Source: Moniliella sp. 'wahieum'
Lineage: Eukaryota
Assembly: GCA_003971905.1 (NCBI GenBank)
Contig: RSEE01000018.1
Coordinates: forward strand, 248,001-312,000
Length of the DNA: 64,000 nucleotides
Direction: 5' to 3'
The position numbers were made by a program, and so were the translations under genes. The notes beneath the pieces were generated by a model, which saw only the letters and a list, made by a program, of their open reading frames with translations, did not search any database and was not told the origin of the DNA. Of the stretch, positions 25,833 through 37,900 are shown in pieces (position 1 is the first letter of the stretch; each line of letters starts with the position of its first letter).

Positions 25833-27058
25833 ATGTTCGCCTCGCGCATTTCCCAGATGAAGGTCCTGGCGGTCCTGTACAAGGGCGGCCAGGCTGCCAT
25901 CAACCAGCCGCGCATGTTGGCCGCGGCGGAGAATTCGTTAGGCCTGCGCTCGTGGCTCGAGGGCCGCGGACACGAGTTTGTGGTGACCGACGACAGCAGG
26001 AGGGCCCCAACTCGACGTTTTCCAAGGAGATCAAGGATGCCGACGTGCTCATCACCACCCCGTTCCACCCGGGCTACCTCAGCCGCGAGTTGATGGACAC
26101 GGCCAAGAACCTCAAGATTGCCATCACTGCCGTGTCGGCTCGGACCACATTGACTTGCCCGCGGCCAACGAGCGCAAGATCAGCGTCGTTGAGGTCACTG
26201 GTACGTTTTCTCTTTTCCGCACCGCAAGCACAGTCGAGGGGTGGAGAATGAGAAAAGAATGCAGAGCTGGTACTAACCTCTTGTGTTTACTTTGGTTGAC
26301 TTGGATTGATGATTGACTGCAGCTCCAACGTCACGTCGGTGGCCGAACACGTGGTGATGACCATTCTCAACTTGGTTCGCAACTTTGTTCCGGCGCACAA
26401 GCAGATTATCGATGGCAAGTGGGACGTGGCGGCCGTTGCGCAGGACTCGTACGACTTGGAGAACAAGGTGGTGGGTACGTTGGCCCCGGCCGGATTGGGT
26501 ACCGCGTGTTGCAGCGTCTCAAGCCGTTTGACTGCAAGGAGCTGCTGTACTATGACTACCAGGCGTTGCCCAAGGACGCTGAGGCGGCTGTGGGCGCGCG
26601 CCGGGTGGAGGACCTGAAGGAATTCTTGTCGCAGCTGGACGTGTTGACGATCAATGCGCCGCTGCACGAGGGCACCTACCACTTGATTGACAAGGAGAAG
26701 TTGAGCTGGATGAAGCCCGGTGCGATCATTGTCAACACGGCGCGGGGGGCGATTGTCAAGGACACGGATATCGCCGAGGCGGTCAACTCGGGCCGGATTG
26801 GCGGGTACGGAGGCGACGTGTGGCCCAAGCAGCCCGCGCCGGCAGACCACCCATGGCGCAAGATGCAGACCCACACGGGCGCTGGCAATGCCATGACGCC
26901 GCACATGTCGGGCACGTCGATTGATGCCCAGCGCGCTACGCGGCGGGCACGAAGGAGATCTTGGAGAACTTCTTTGATGGCAAGCCTCAAATCCGGCCAA
27001 CGTCATTGTTGCCGGCGGTTCGTACCAGACCAAGGCGTACGGCGAGGGCAAGGCTTAA
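25833..27058 (+). CDS. FDH1: NAD-dependent formate dehydrogenase
   Basis: [24 protein letters not shown](G)[90 protein letters not shown]. Intron at about 26201-26322; TAA at 27056-27058. Confidence 0.97.
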
Positions 27059-28167
27059 ATCCCCCTCTAGCTCGATCAACCGCGCAGAAGCGCCCGCCTC
27101 CGTGCGGCAGTCGCACCTCCCCATTGCAGTGGGGTGCCGTGGCAACCACCATTCGTACACTAATGAGGATTGATGACGGTCGACGTCGATGGCAGTCTTT
27201 TTTCTTTTGCAATATCAACAAAGCGTTCTAGTCCATTCAGATGGGTCTATCTGGCGGGAATGCAGGAAATTTTCTACAAGGCCAAGGTGGCAGTGTTGTG
27301 GGCGAGTGGCAGTGCTGTGGGCGACGTTGTGAGGTTCCCTAATGCTGTGCTGGGGATATATAGGAGCGGACCGGGGCTGCATTCACGACCATCACTTGGC
27401 AACCACCTTCCTATCGCCCATCATCGAAATCATCGCATATAATGCGAGTAGCTGAGATCTTCCTACCTGGATCCTGAACTGTGTTTGACGCTACCGTGGG
27501 AGCAGGGTTTCCCCATGCGCCGCCGCGAAGACGAGTGATCGAGTGATCATGCTTAAATGAGACACAATTGGCAAAAGCTACAACACAAAACGGGAGAAAG
27601 CCATGCAGGAAGGGGAAAGGCAGCCTTTGGTCACGAGCAAAAGGCGTGGCTAGCTCACTGCTTTGCGCCAAGGCGAGGCTTCAGCATCAGCTCAGCTTGT
27701 CGACGTATAGGGCAGGTAGAAGCAAGTCCTTTCCAAGTCCCCCCTACCTCGCCAACAGTCCGCATACAACCTGGCACAGGAACAGGGAACGAGGCATGTT
27801 TCGCCCCACCAGCAGCGATCTTGAAGGTGCAAGGCGGGGGGGGAGAAAAAACCGCAGGCATGAAGGCAAACCGTTTTTCAACGTTCGTCCGCCCTATGTC
27901 CCGATCCAGTCGAGGGCCGTAGGAGGGGACACTTTCGGAAATAACAAAAAAAACATAGTCTTCCCCTGGCTTGCCCACCCAACGGGGCTGGCACACTCCA
28001 GGTCCACACGCCTGACCACAACTCGTCCCTTGTCCGTGTACCTAACTGCAACAGCAGTGGAGAGGCCGTTTGAGGCAAACGGCAAAGCCATGGACACAAT
28101 AGTGACGACGGAAAGAAAATTCATCAGACGAGATGAGTGGGACTCCCAAGGGGGAGAGGGGCAGGGT

Positions 28168-29690
28168 TCATGACAAGATATGAGACGCGAACCCCGTATC
28201 AGGTTTGGCATTGAAGCGAATGACCATGACCGACTATTGTCGGTAGAGAAGTTGGAGAGGGCGTGCTGGAGTAGGATCTTGGCGGCCTCTTGTGCGTCGT
28301 CCACGTGGCGAATCAGATCCACCGCCTCTTGGTCCGACGTTACAAATCCCACAGACCATCGCACGCCACAATCAAAAACGCATCCTTCTTGCTCAACGTG
28401 TCTCGGTTGTGTACGGCATGCCAACCACAACTCCTTCATGCTCGTGTCCCCCAAGGAGCGCGTCACTGCCAACACGCCATTCACCCGGTTGTTCATCACG
28501 AACCCACCCGCCTCCTTGATGCGTGCCGTCTCCTGCTGGTCGGAACCTTTATGGTCATAAGTCAATCGGACCGCCCGCCCGCCGCGCGATAACACTGCCC
28601 TCGCATCCCCACGTTGGCCGTGTAGAGGACGCGGCGAACGGAGACCCCAGCAGCACCCGGGTCAAGGGACGTGGCAAGGCTGAATCCGACAGGTCCTTGT
28701 CCAGGGCAGGGCGGGGTTCCGAGGAAGACTGGGCAGCCTGGGGGGCACTCGAGATGGAGGTTGTGCGAGAGCGCCGGTTGTGCGGCCACCCGGCCTGCGG
28801 GCGAGCGACGTGAGAAGTCCCTTGGGCTTTCCGTCGTCCACCACTCCCACTTCGGACACCGAGGCGATGCCTTGCTCCGTTGGCTCGGTCCGAACCACCG
28901 CCACCGTCGACGCGTCCTTCACTTCGGGGGGCACCGAGGCGCCGCCAATAAACGCTAGTCCTTCCATCCCCGTCCTCGGGCAAGATGCCGCCCGAATTGG
29001 GACCGGCAATAGGTACGCCCTGGGTCTTCCAGGCGCAAGAAACACGCGACGGCCGTACACCCGGACGAGGTGTGGGTTGTCGCGGGCGAGTTGGGCCAGA
29101 GCGGCATCGGCACTTTGGAACGTAGCGTTCAACACATCCGGCACCGATTCGGTGGGCCGTTGGGCAAGCTGGTCACGAAAGAGCTGAGTGCGGCGGGCGA
29201 GGTCAGCAAAGCGGGAACACAGCAGCAGAGGGGGGACGAGGGCGATGAGCCCAACGTACTTGGTACAGGTTCTGGCCGCACCACTCGGCCGACGCCTTGC
29301 CCGCATGGCCGTCGTACACGCCAAAGAAGCCTTGACCATGGACGCCGCCAAAGTCGTAGACGAAGGAGTGGGAGTCCTCCATGGTGCGCCGCCAGCGCTT
29401 GTTGCGGTCTTCGACACGCCAGATGCGGAAGGGGGCGGGGGCGTCGGCGCGGGGGGGGGGCGGGGCGCGGCGGACGGGGCGGCGGCGGCCATGGAGAGCG
29501 GGCGGCCAGCGGCGGGGGCTTTGCTGGCTGTGCTGGATGGGGGCGCAGCAGGCACGGCGACAGGCTCTCGGGCGACAGCACATGCTCCGGCACCTGCTCA
29601 GACGCCTGCCCAGGGCGCCCGCTCGGCTCTGCGTCGCCCGCCGCGGCTGGCGGAGTCCCGGGGGCAGACGCAGGGGGGGCATCGCATGCA
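28168..29690 (-). CDS. PTC1: Type 2C protein phosphatase, Ptc1-like
   Basis: EDRNKRWRRTMEDSH, FGVYDGHAG, RVLYTANVG(D), RLTYDHKGSD..GGFVMNNRVNGVLAVTRSLGD, FSTDN. Frameshifts are present and the start is uncertain. Confidence 0.93.
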
Positions 29691-31474
29691 TCCACGCGCG
29701 ACGACACTCGGCTGCCAGCAACACGGGTGGTGGAGCTGGGACGAGCGCGCGCCCGCAGCAGCGAAGCAGCAGCGTGCCCAGCTGCGCGCCCCGCACCGCG
29801 CCAGCCTCCGCCTGCCCGGGCTCGCTGCAGCTGCTGCCCCCGGGCATGCGTCATCGCATCACCTATCCTCCATCCTCACGCATGCTCTGTAACCCTACCG
29901 CCCCCGCCCGACAGCCGCTGGGATGGGTGCACTGCAGCACGGAGGCTGGGATCATCGATCACATGCATGGTCACATTCATATGCCGCGTGTGCGTGTTGC
30001 AAGTGCGCATACTCACACACTGTGTTGGAGGTCAAGCTTCAAGTGCAGCTGCATGATGCATGACGCGCATGACGGCGGCCAATTGGATGCTCGCACAGAA
30101 AGGATGGTCACCGGTCACCGGTCACTGATCTTGCGCGCGCTACGCGCTGTCCCCGACTTTTGGTTTCCTGTTATCCCGCTGAGCGCGATCCTGGAGGTGG
30201 TGTTTCGTTGAGTGTGGGTGGGATTTTGACAGGAGATGGAGATGGGGGAAAGGATGAGGATCATATCCATCGAATGGAAAGGAAGCGAGGTATATATGCC
30301 TCGGAGAAGAAGGAACATGCGAGCTAAATCCATGGAGGGAAAAAAGGGAGCACAATCCAAAGGGGGGAAAACAGGATCTAGAACAAATCAAGGGGGCCAG
30401 ACAACTTCTTGGTGACAAAGAACGTGATCAAGTGAGTCTGATCCCGACAGATTTCGGCGCTGTTTGACGGAAAAAAGCTAATAGGTCCTGGGGCCATCTG
30501 CATAGGTCTGAGCTCACCAGTGCACGACCCAGAGATCTTCCTCGGCAGCCATCTCGGGCAAGGGCCTGCGAGAAATGTGGTCGAGTCCCACGTCACAGGC
30601 CTCTCGATCATGAGCGCAGGAGTGTACAAGGTTCCACTCGGACCGCCGTAACGCGTAATAGCTAACTGTGGGCTATATCTGTGGTACTACAGTACATACT
30701 CTAGTCGTTGCGCTCGTCTAGTCGGATAATAGTGCCACGAATTGTCACAGTAGTATCCTTCATGCGGCATTAGTTGCCCGGGCTCTTCCTTTGCCTTTCT
30801 CTTTCTAGGTTGCCGTCATGGCCACGCCCCCATGTTCTTCCTGTCCCGCATTCTTCGTCATCTATTCCGTTGTTGCCCGTTAATAGTCCCTCTGTCTCTT
30901 CAGCAAAATGGGTCGTGGATTCTTTCCCAAACGGTCCATTTTGGCGTCGTCATCCTGCAAGGGAGTCAGTCACAGAGTATAGCGGGAGGAGATCCACAGG
31001 CTTCAATGGGGCTCAGCAGCCTCAAAGCATTCCACTGATCGGTTCAGCAGCTGAGGCAGGAGTGTCAAGCCACTTGCAGTTGCTTGTAAAAAAGGCGCAC
31101 TCTTCTACTGTGTTCTTACTGCGTCAATCACTATATATGCATGAAAAGTAGATAGATCGACCTCGACGGAATTGTGGCACATGTGCACGAGAGAGAGAAT
31201 GGTCGAACAGTAGACATTTGACGGTACAATCAACAATCAACATCATCGAGGAATAAAGGTGAGAAGGGTCGACAATTGGGTGTGAAAATAACACAAGTAC
31301 ATATAAGAACACAAGAAGCTGCGGAGGAGAGAAACCGAACAATCCACCGACCAAGACCCTGATAGTAACAAGAAGAGGGAGTCATGTCAGCCTCGTTCTT
31401 CATGTAAAGGCCTAGGCATACCCACCAACGTCTGGGTTGGCTGGGACGGTTGAGTCGCACCTTCGGATGTCAGC

Positions 31475-34400
31475 TCATAGCGAGGCACCTGGAAAGCGAA
31501 CCTTTATAGGCAGAATAAGTGCCCTCTTGGCAGCCGTAATAGAGGGACAAGGTAGGGGCCTTTTTATAGTCCCCGCCGCCTTATTGCTGGGCGTGGGCTT
31601 GAGCTGACGAATCAACTCATCAGCTTCGGCGTCCGAGTCATGGTCATCTTCTATCGGGCGCGTTGACCGAACCACCAGACCGTTTCGTCGGAGTCTGTTG
31701 GCGCTTAGGAGGCAGCGCGTGGCTTTTGACCAGAAGAGGCTGTGGCGTGGAGGGAGTTGAAGAGTCAGAGTTCTTGGGGCTGTCGCAGCTGTGGCTTCGT
31801 CGCTGCCCACCCATTGGAGTTGAGTACTCTGGTCCTCCTTAGTTGGACTCGAGCTCGCCGATGGGGAAAGAACAGGAGCTTGGGCCACAGGATCAGCTGC
31901 TTTCGTCGGGATAGCCGGAGGTGCTCGCCCTCCATCACTGCTCATTACGCGGCGCTGAGGAAGCCGAGAAACAATGCGACGGGGAGCAGGCTGGGAGGTG
32001 CCATGTCTGACTTGGGGGATGCAGCCTCCACAGATCCAGTCTCCATAGCTCCAGCCTCCAAAGGTCCAGCCTCCAAAGGTCCAGACTCCACAGCTCCAGC
32101 CGCCACAGGTCCAACCCCAGCAGGTTCAGCCACCACCACCAACCCAGTAGCCACAGGTCCAGCCTCCACAGGCCCAGTCTCAGAAGGGAGAGAGTTGCGG
32201 GCGGGAGCATTCTGTGAAGGGAGAAATGCTGGGCCGAAATAGAAAACTGGAGATGGTCCAGCTGTTGAGGTACTGCTGGCGCCCTGGGTACTCTGATCTT
32301 CCTTGATGGGACTTGAGCCCTCCGCTGGGGGAAAAGTAGGAGCTTGGGTCTCAGGAGCAGCTTCCGTCGGGGTAGCCGGAGGTGCTCGCACACCTCCGCG
32401 TTTCATTGCGCGGCGCTGGGGAAGTCGAGCAATAATGCGACGGGGAGCAGGCTGGGGAAGTGCCACGTCTGACTTGGGGGATTCAGCCTCCACAGCTTCT
32501 GTTGCCACAGCTCCAGCATCAACATGTTCAGCAGCCTCCGCAGGTCCAGCCGCCACAGGTCCAGCCTCAGCAGGTTCAGCCACCACCACCAACCCAGTAG
32601 CCACAGATCCAGCCTCCACAGGCCCAGTCTCAGAAGGGAGAGAGTTGCGGGCGGGAGCATTCTGTGAAGGGAGAAATGCTGGGCCGAAATAGAAAACTGG
32701 AGATGGTCCAGCTGTTGAGATACTGGTGGCGCCCGGAGTACTCTGATCTTCCTTGATTGGACTTGACCCCGCCGATGGGGGAAGAACAGGAGCTTGGGCA
32801 ACAGGAGCAGCTGTCGTCTGGCTAACCAGAGGTGCTGGCACACCACCACGGTTCGTTGTGTGGCGCTGAGGAAGTCGAGCAATGATGCGGCTGGGGGCAG
32901 GCTGTGGAGGCGTCACGTTGGGCTTGGGGGATCCAGACTCCACAGCGCCAGCCTCCGCATGTTCAGTAGCCACCGCAGGTTCTGCCTCCGCAGGTTCTGC
33001 CAGAGGAGGTTGATCCGAATTGCGGGTCGGTTCGGGTTTCGGCAGGACAGAAGACTGGGGGACCGAGGAAGGTTGTTCCATAACAGTCTGAGGAAGCTGA
33101 GTCGCCTTGGGGACCGAAGGGGCGGCAGAGGGTCATCCTTTGCTTCATTCGCATCCGCGACACCCGCCATCAAGCCCGTCAGGGGGACTTGTAGGTCCTC
33201 TGTGTCAACGACGTGGTGACCCTCACCAGATGGCGAAGAGGGTGGCACGTGGGCCACCGTGGCTGCCCTCACTGGCTCAGATTCTTCCACGGATTGATAA
33301 GGCAGAGCCGGGTTGTGGCCCTGGTGAGGATGTGGAGGAACAGAAGCTTGAACGACGAAAGAAGGCTGGGTCGTATCGGTCCCAGTGGCAACGAAGTAGT
33401 GTGGTCACGTTGCTCGTCCACATCAAAAGCTGAGTCACGGTCGCTTCCCATGGAACCTGACTCTGTTCAGCGCATGGGCCAGAGAATGCGATGGGAGCAT
33501 GACTAGCACAAGCAGCAACCATCTGGTCATCTTGAGACGGACCAGTAATTACCCCTGAGGCTTTTGGCTCCGCTGAAGGTAATACGCAACCCTTTGGATC
33601 ATCGCTGTCCTCGATAGCACTGGAGACAGTCAGTTAGCACTTGTGTTCAACAACTTCTTTTGGGAGAAAATGGGCACGTACCTTGCAATGGGATGGAAAG
33701 GAGGCAGCGGAGGGAAGATGGGCTCAGTGGGAATGTGGGCAACTTGGTTGGTGGCGAGCTCGGAAGCAGCGGCGTAGCCGAATTGAATGCCGTCAATGAC
33801 ACCGGCGTTGTTGGCGTCCCTGATGGCTGTGACGCCCGCCTCGACTCCTGCTTGGATGCCAATGGTGATGGCTTTTTGCAGTATGGCTTCAAGATTGGCC
33901 GGGATGGAGAAGGTATTGAGGATGGGGGGCTCTGGAACGCTACCAGGATCTGAGGACAAAACTGGCTCCGGAACAAAAGTGTTCTCTGCGATCACACTGT
34001 GCTCCGGCTCCGATGAACCGACATCTAGAGCGCGAAATGATGCAAGTGTTCTCGACGGTCACATCACTGGGTTCCGTAGCAACAAGCTCCGATGAGACGA
34101 CAACTGGCTCCGGGACGACTGTGGCCATGTTGGACCACAGCAGCACTGTCCGGGACCATACTTGACTCCAGGGGGAAGACGGGGTCGCGTAGGATTAAAG
34201 CCACATCGGCAAGAACTTCCCTCGCATCCGCCAGGTAATCATATGAAGAGAGTTCGGCCTTCGCCTGGCACCCGCGGCCGCATGATGCCCGCCTGGCTCT
34301 GCGTTGGAACGTGAGGACCTCGTTTCGACGGTGGAGACCCCCGGATCGCACCCACTAGTGTCCGTCCGCGCGACCCGTCGGTTCCGAGTACCAGAATCGT

Positions 34401-36308
34401 GAGGCGGACAGGGCGGCGGTCCGGAATAGATGTCGTACGTTGGAGCCGGGAGGGTCGTTGTTCCGTCGAACAATGAGCTCATCTAGCTGAGGCAAATCGT
34501 AAAGCCGAGGCTTCAACGGTGACCCCGGGGTCAGGGGCAGGGGGGCAGGCGCCACACTCTGGCCAGGAGCGAGGTGAAGGAGAATCACTCGAGCTCGCCG
34601 GAGGTGGGTTCGGGGCAACACTCCGATCGTTGGGACGAGGTGAAAACACTCGAATCCAAGGAACGAGGGGAGGGAGCCATCGCCCGACCATGCAGCGGGA
34701 AGTAAGACTCAGCCGGCCTCGTTGGACGGGGGGACAGGGCGACACTCCAACCGTTTGAACGAGGTGAAAACACACTCGAATCCAAGGGACGAGGGGGAGT
34801 GGGCCATGCACCGGCCTACGGACGAGGTGAGGGAGACCCGTTGATCGAACTCGTGGGGAAAGAGAACGGGGCAGAACTCTTGTCGCTAGGACGAGGAGTG
34901 GCTGGCACGCTCGAATGCTCCAATGAGGTGTACCGACCAGACTCTTGACAGCTGGGAGAGGGGATGACGTCACGCTCGCACCCAATGGACGAGCAGAAAG
35001 GGACACACTTGGGTCATTTGAACCAAGAGAAACACTTGAATCCTCCCGGAGAAGGGAAAGAGTCGCACTCGGAACGACCTGACGAAGTGCAGGATCCATC
35101 CGCTCCGTCGGACGGGCTGCCTTGTCGAAACCCTGGTGGATTCGGATATGCGAAGGAGGCATTACTGACCTCGTCCATTGCGGACGAGGGAGTACAGTCG
35201 AGCCGCTTGGACTATGCAAGCGGTCAAAAAGTTTAGAACTCGGCCCCCACTTCTTCCAAAAACGAATCTGAGATGAAGACGACGGACTCCATATCGGCGT
35301 ACGGTACCCGTCAACAGGTGCATGCATCCAGTCACGTCGGCCGGGGAAAGGTGGTAGCCTCGCATCCGCCCCCACCGCAGCGGGGCGCACACCCAACCAG
35401 TTGCGTGGACTAGACGAAGAGGGCTCACAGGACGGAATGGTAGCAGCAGCCGAACCATGCTGCACTCCCATCACCGGAGGTGCTGGTGGCACGGTCCAGT
35501 CCTGGGCCGGACGGAGGGAAGAAGCGCTTGCATCCCTGGATGGAGGCATGGCCCGCACATCCGTAGGGGTCCAACCAAACACAGGGCTAAACAGCCTAGA
35601 GGTAGTACCGTCGTTGTCTGAAAGATGCAAGATGAGGTCAGAGACAAGATATGGGGGGGAGGGGCGTAAGCTGGACATACCGGGAAAGAAAGAGAACCTT
35701 GACCAATAGGGATAGCGCCCAGGGGTGCCTGGGGGCGTGTCATCTGGCTGTGAGAGGTCTTGTCCGGCGTCTTCTTGGCTGGTGTTCCTGAGCAGCCACA
35801 GCAGCCCACTGAACAGAGTGAAATAGTAAAGGTGCTCTAGGACCTCCAGCATGTGTTCTCCTTCATTACACGCCTGCTTGAGGAGGACAACGAGAATGTC
35901 GAGTAGGAAGGCGAGGGGAGTCCAGAACAGGAGCAAGGGAGGCTGTCCAGCCAGGCGACAGGGAACCAGAGGTGGTAGAGGATGAAGCGCAGCACAAAGC
36001 ACCCTAAGGTACATGCGATGCTGAGGAAAACAGACGGGAGCAAGCGATAGAGGGTGTCGGCAGTGCGTGAGCGGCGATGAGGGGCCCACGCTGTACCGGA
36101 TGGGGGCGCAAGCATCAAGGAAAGCGATGGTGGATACGAAGAGGATGAGGTGACGGAGGCGAATAGAAGGAGGAGGAGGTGGCAGAGGTGAAGAGGAGGG
36201 GGCGGTGGCGGATGCGAAGAGGAGGAGGTGGCGGCAGTGAGTGAAGAAGGTGGTGGTGGGGGGGGGGAAGGTGGGCCGAGGGCGAGCACCTTGATAGCTC
36301 TGTGGCAA
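31475..36308 (-). CDS. Putative lineage-specific Pro/Ser/Ala-rich repeat protein(s); one long frameshifted gene or several
   Basis: Chain of long same-strand ORFs (34479..36308, 33630..33995, 32913..33290, 31945..33081, 31475..31945). Hydrophobic segments near 35800-35950 and in-frame 150-aa repeats. No recognisable domain. Confidence 0.4.
31820..32950. repeat. Tandem repeat of about 2.5 units, 450-465 bp each
   Basis: A near-identical block of about 140 bp at about 32128-32270 and 32578-32720 (period 450). GTACTCTG.TC.TCCTT anchors at about 31824, 32288 and 32738. Confidence 0.92.
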
Positions 36309-37900
36309 TTTGGGCAGCCAGGCTGTGCTTTTGCTTAAGGACTAAACAAATTGCGCGCATTATATGCTGGGGCGCCAAATAAGCTTCTACCGTTTGGGGC
36401 ATCTTACTAGCGCAGACGAGAGAGAAGAGGCCTGCATGCCTAGGCCACATCCATCCATCCGCTTCTGCACAGCCACTGAGAGGGACAACACAGGCGCTGT
36501 GTGGCCGCCGAGGCAGAGAGGATGTGAAGATGTGTTTTCAGAGAGAGAGCACCTCTGTGGCGGGGGGGCACATCAAACCCGCGAAGCCAGTAGTCTGTTT
36601 TGCGCACAACCAATATCATGGAGACAAGCGCACTCTGCAATACTGTTCGCCGCCGCTCTAGTTCACATCGACGGCGTCCTCTTCGCCATCGCTCGTCTCT
36701 CTCTCGGCATCGCGCATTTTTGCCATCACAGTGTTGCCGTAGTGGCCTGTGCGGCCATACTTTTCTTGCAGCAAAAGTGCTCTGGTGTTGTCACATGTCA
36801 CTGCTGCCAGTGCTGATTGCGGCGGGGCGTGCTTGCAGCCCGGTTTGTGCGCACCGAGGGCACATTCGCACTCGCGCCCGACCGTCCTCCACTGAGACAG
36901 GTGCGCCAGGGAAGAGATGTCTCGCCCCGCACCCTTTTACACATGCACCATCGCACGGGGCGAGTGTGGTGCGTATGTTGAAGCTGAGATCTGCGAGGGG
37001 GAGAACAGCGGGCAATGTGGTCGCAGCAAAAGGCAGGCGGAGTGACTAATGACTACAGTGGCTATATTCCTGACTATAGTGAGCGGCTATATATACGGAC
37101 TAGGACTATAGTTCCTAGCTAGGAAAGCCGGATGCCCAGGCGCTGCCCCAGTGCGTGGTGGCGTACTGTGTCAGCCTCACAAGTTGTCCAGAGACGTCGC
37201 AACCCCGCGACAGGCACAGAACTGCAACTTTCAAAGCGCGGTATATTGTCTTTCTTGAGGAAGAGTGGGGGTTGTATTTTTGTCCACAGAGCGCTGGCTG
37301 CTGTTCTCTTCGACATGTGCTCTGGGTGCCCCCCTTTGACTGCTCTCAAAGACGAACCCGCTTATTAGCAACAAGTGGTCTCTGCGTCAGCACCAAAATG
37401 ATGGCAATCACGGCGAGCAACACGCTGCTCACGCCGGATGAGCGAGCTGGTAAGGGCGCAGCATTTCCCTCGCTCTCCGAGCAAGTGTGATGTTGATGTG
37501 AAGGTACTCCAGTGGCAGTGGAAGGCGTGCAGCCCAGAGGGTGGGTGGGCCTCGCCGCAGCACACTGGCCGCACGCCCCTAGCATCCAAGCTATGCCGCC
37601 CCCCAATACGCTAAATCTCCTCCCTGCATGTTGCCGAGCGGGGCGGCCGGGGGGGCGGTGAGCAGTGACCGTTGACATCTGACATCTGAGACCTGGCTGT
37701 CTGACAACTTATCGATTATCGATTATCGATTATCATCCATACATCATGCATCATGCATCGGTAATCAGCGCCATACTGCCCCCCTGCCGGCATCCTACTG
37801 CCCAGGTGCCCCCACGGCGTCACTGTGTGCCATAAAGACGCGTCTGGGGAGGCCCAGATCGATTGCGGGTGACTGTGGCAAAACCCCCTCTGGACACCCA

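Noticed and set aside
31085..31370. AT-rich segment ending GTAACA as a possible solo LTR
   Set aside because: No matching TSD for any candidate left end and no second copy in the window.
34560..34870. CRISPR-like spaced repeats
   Set aside because: There are only two good copies, they are degenerate, and they lie inside an ORF.
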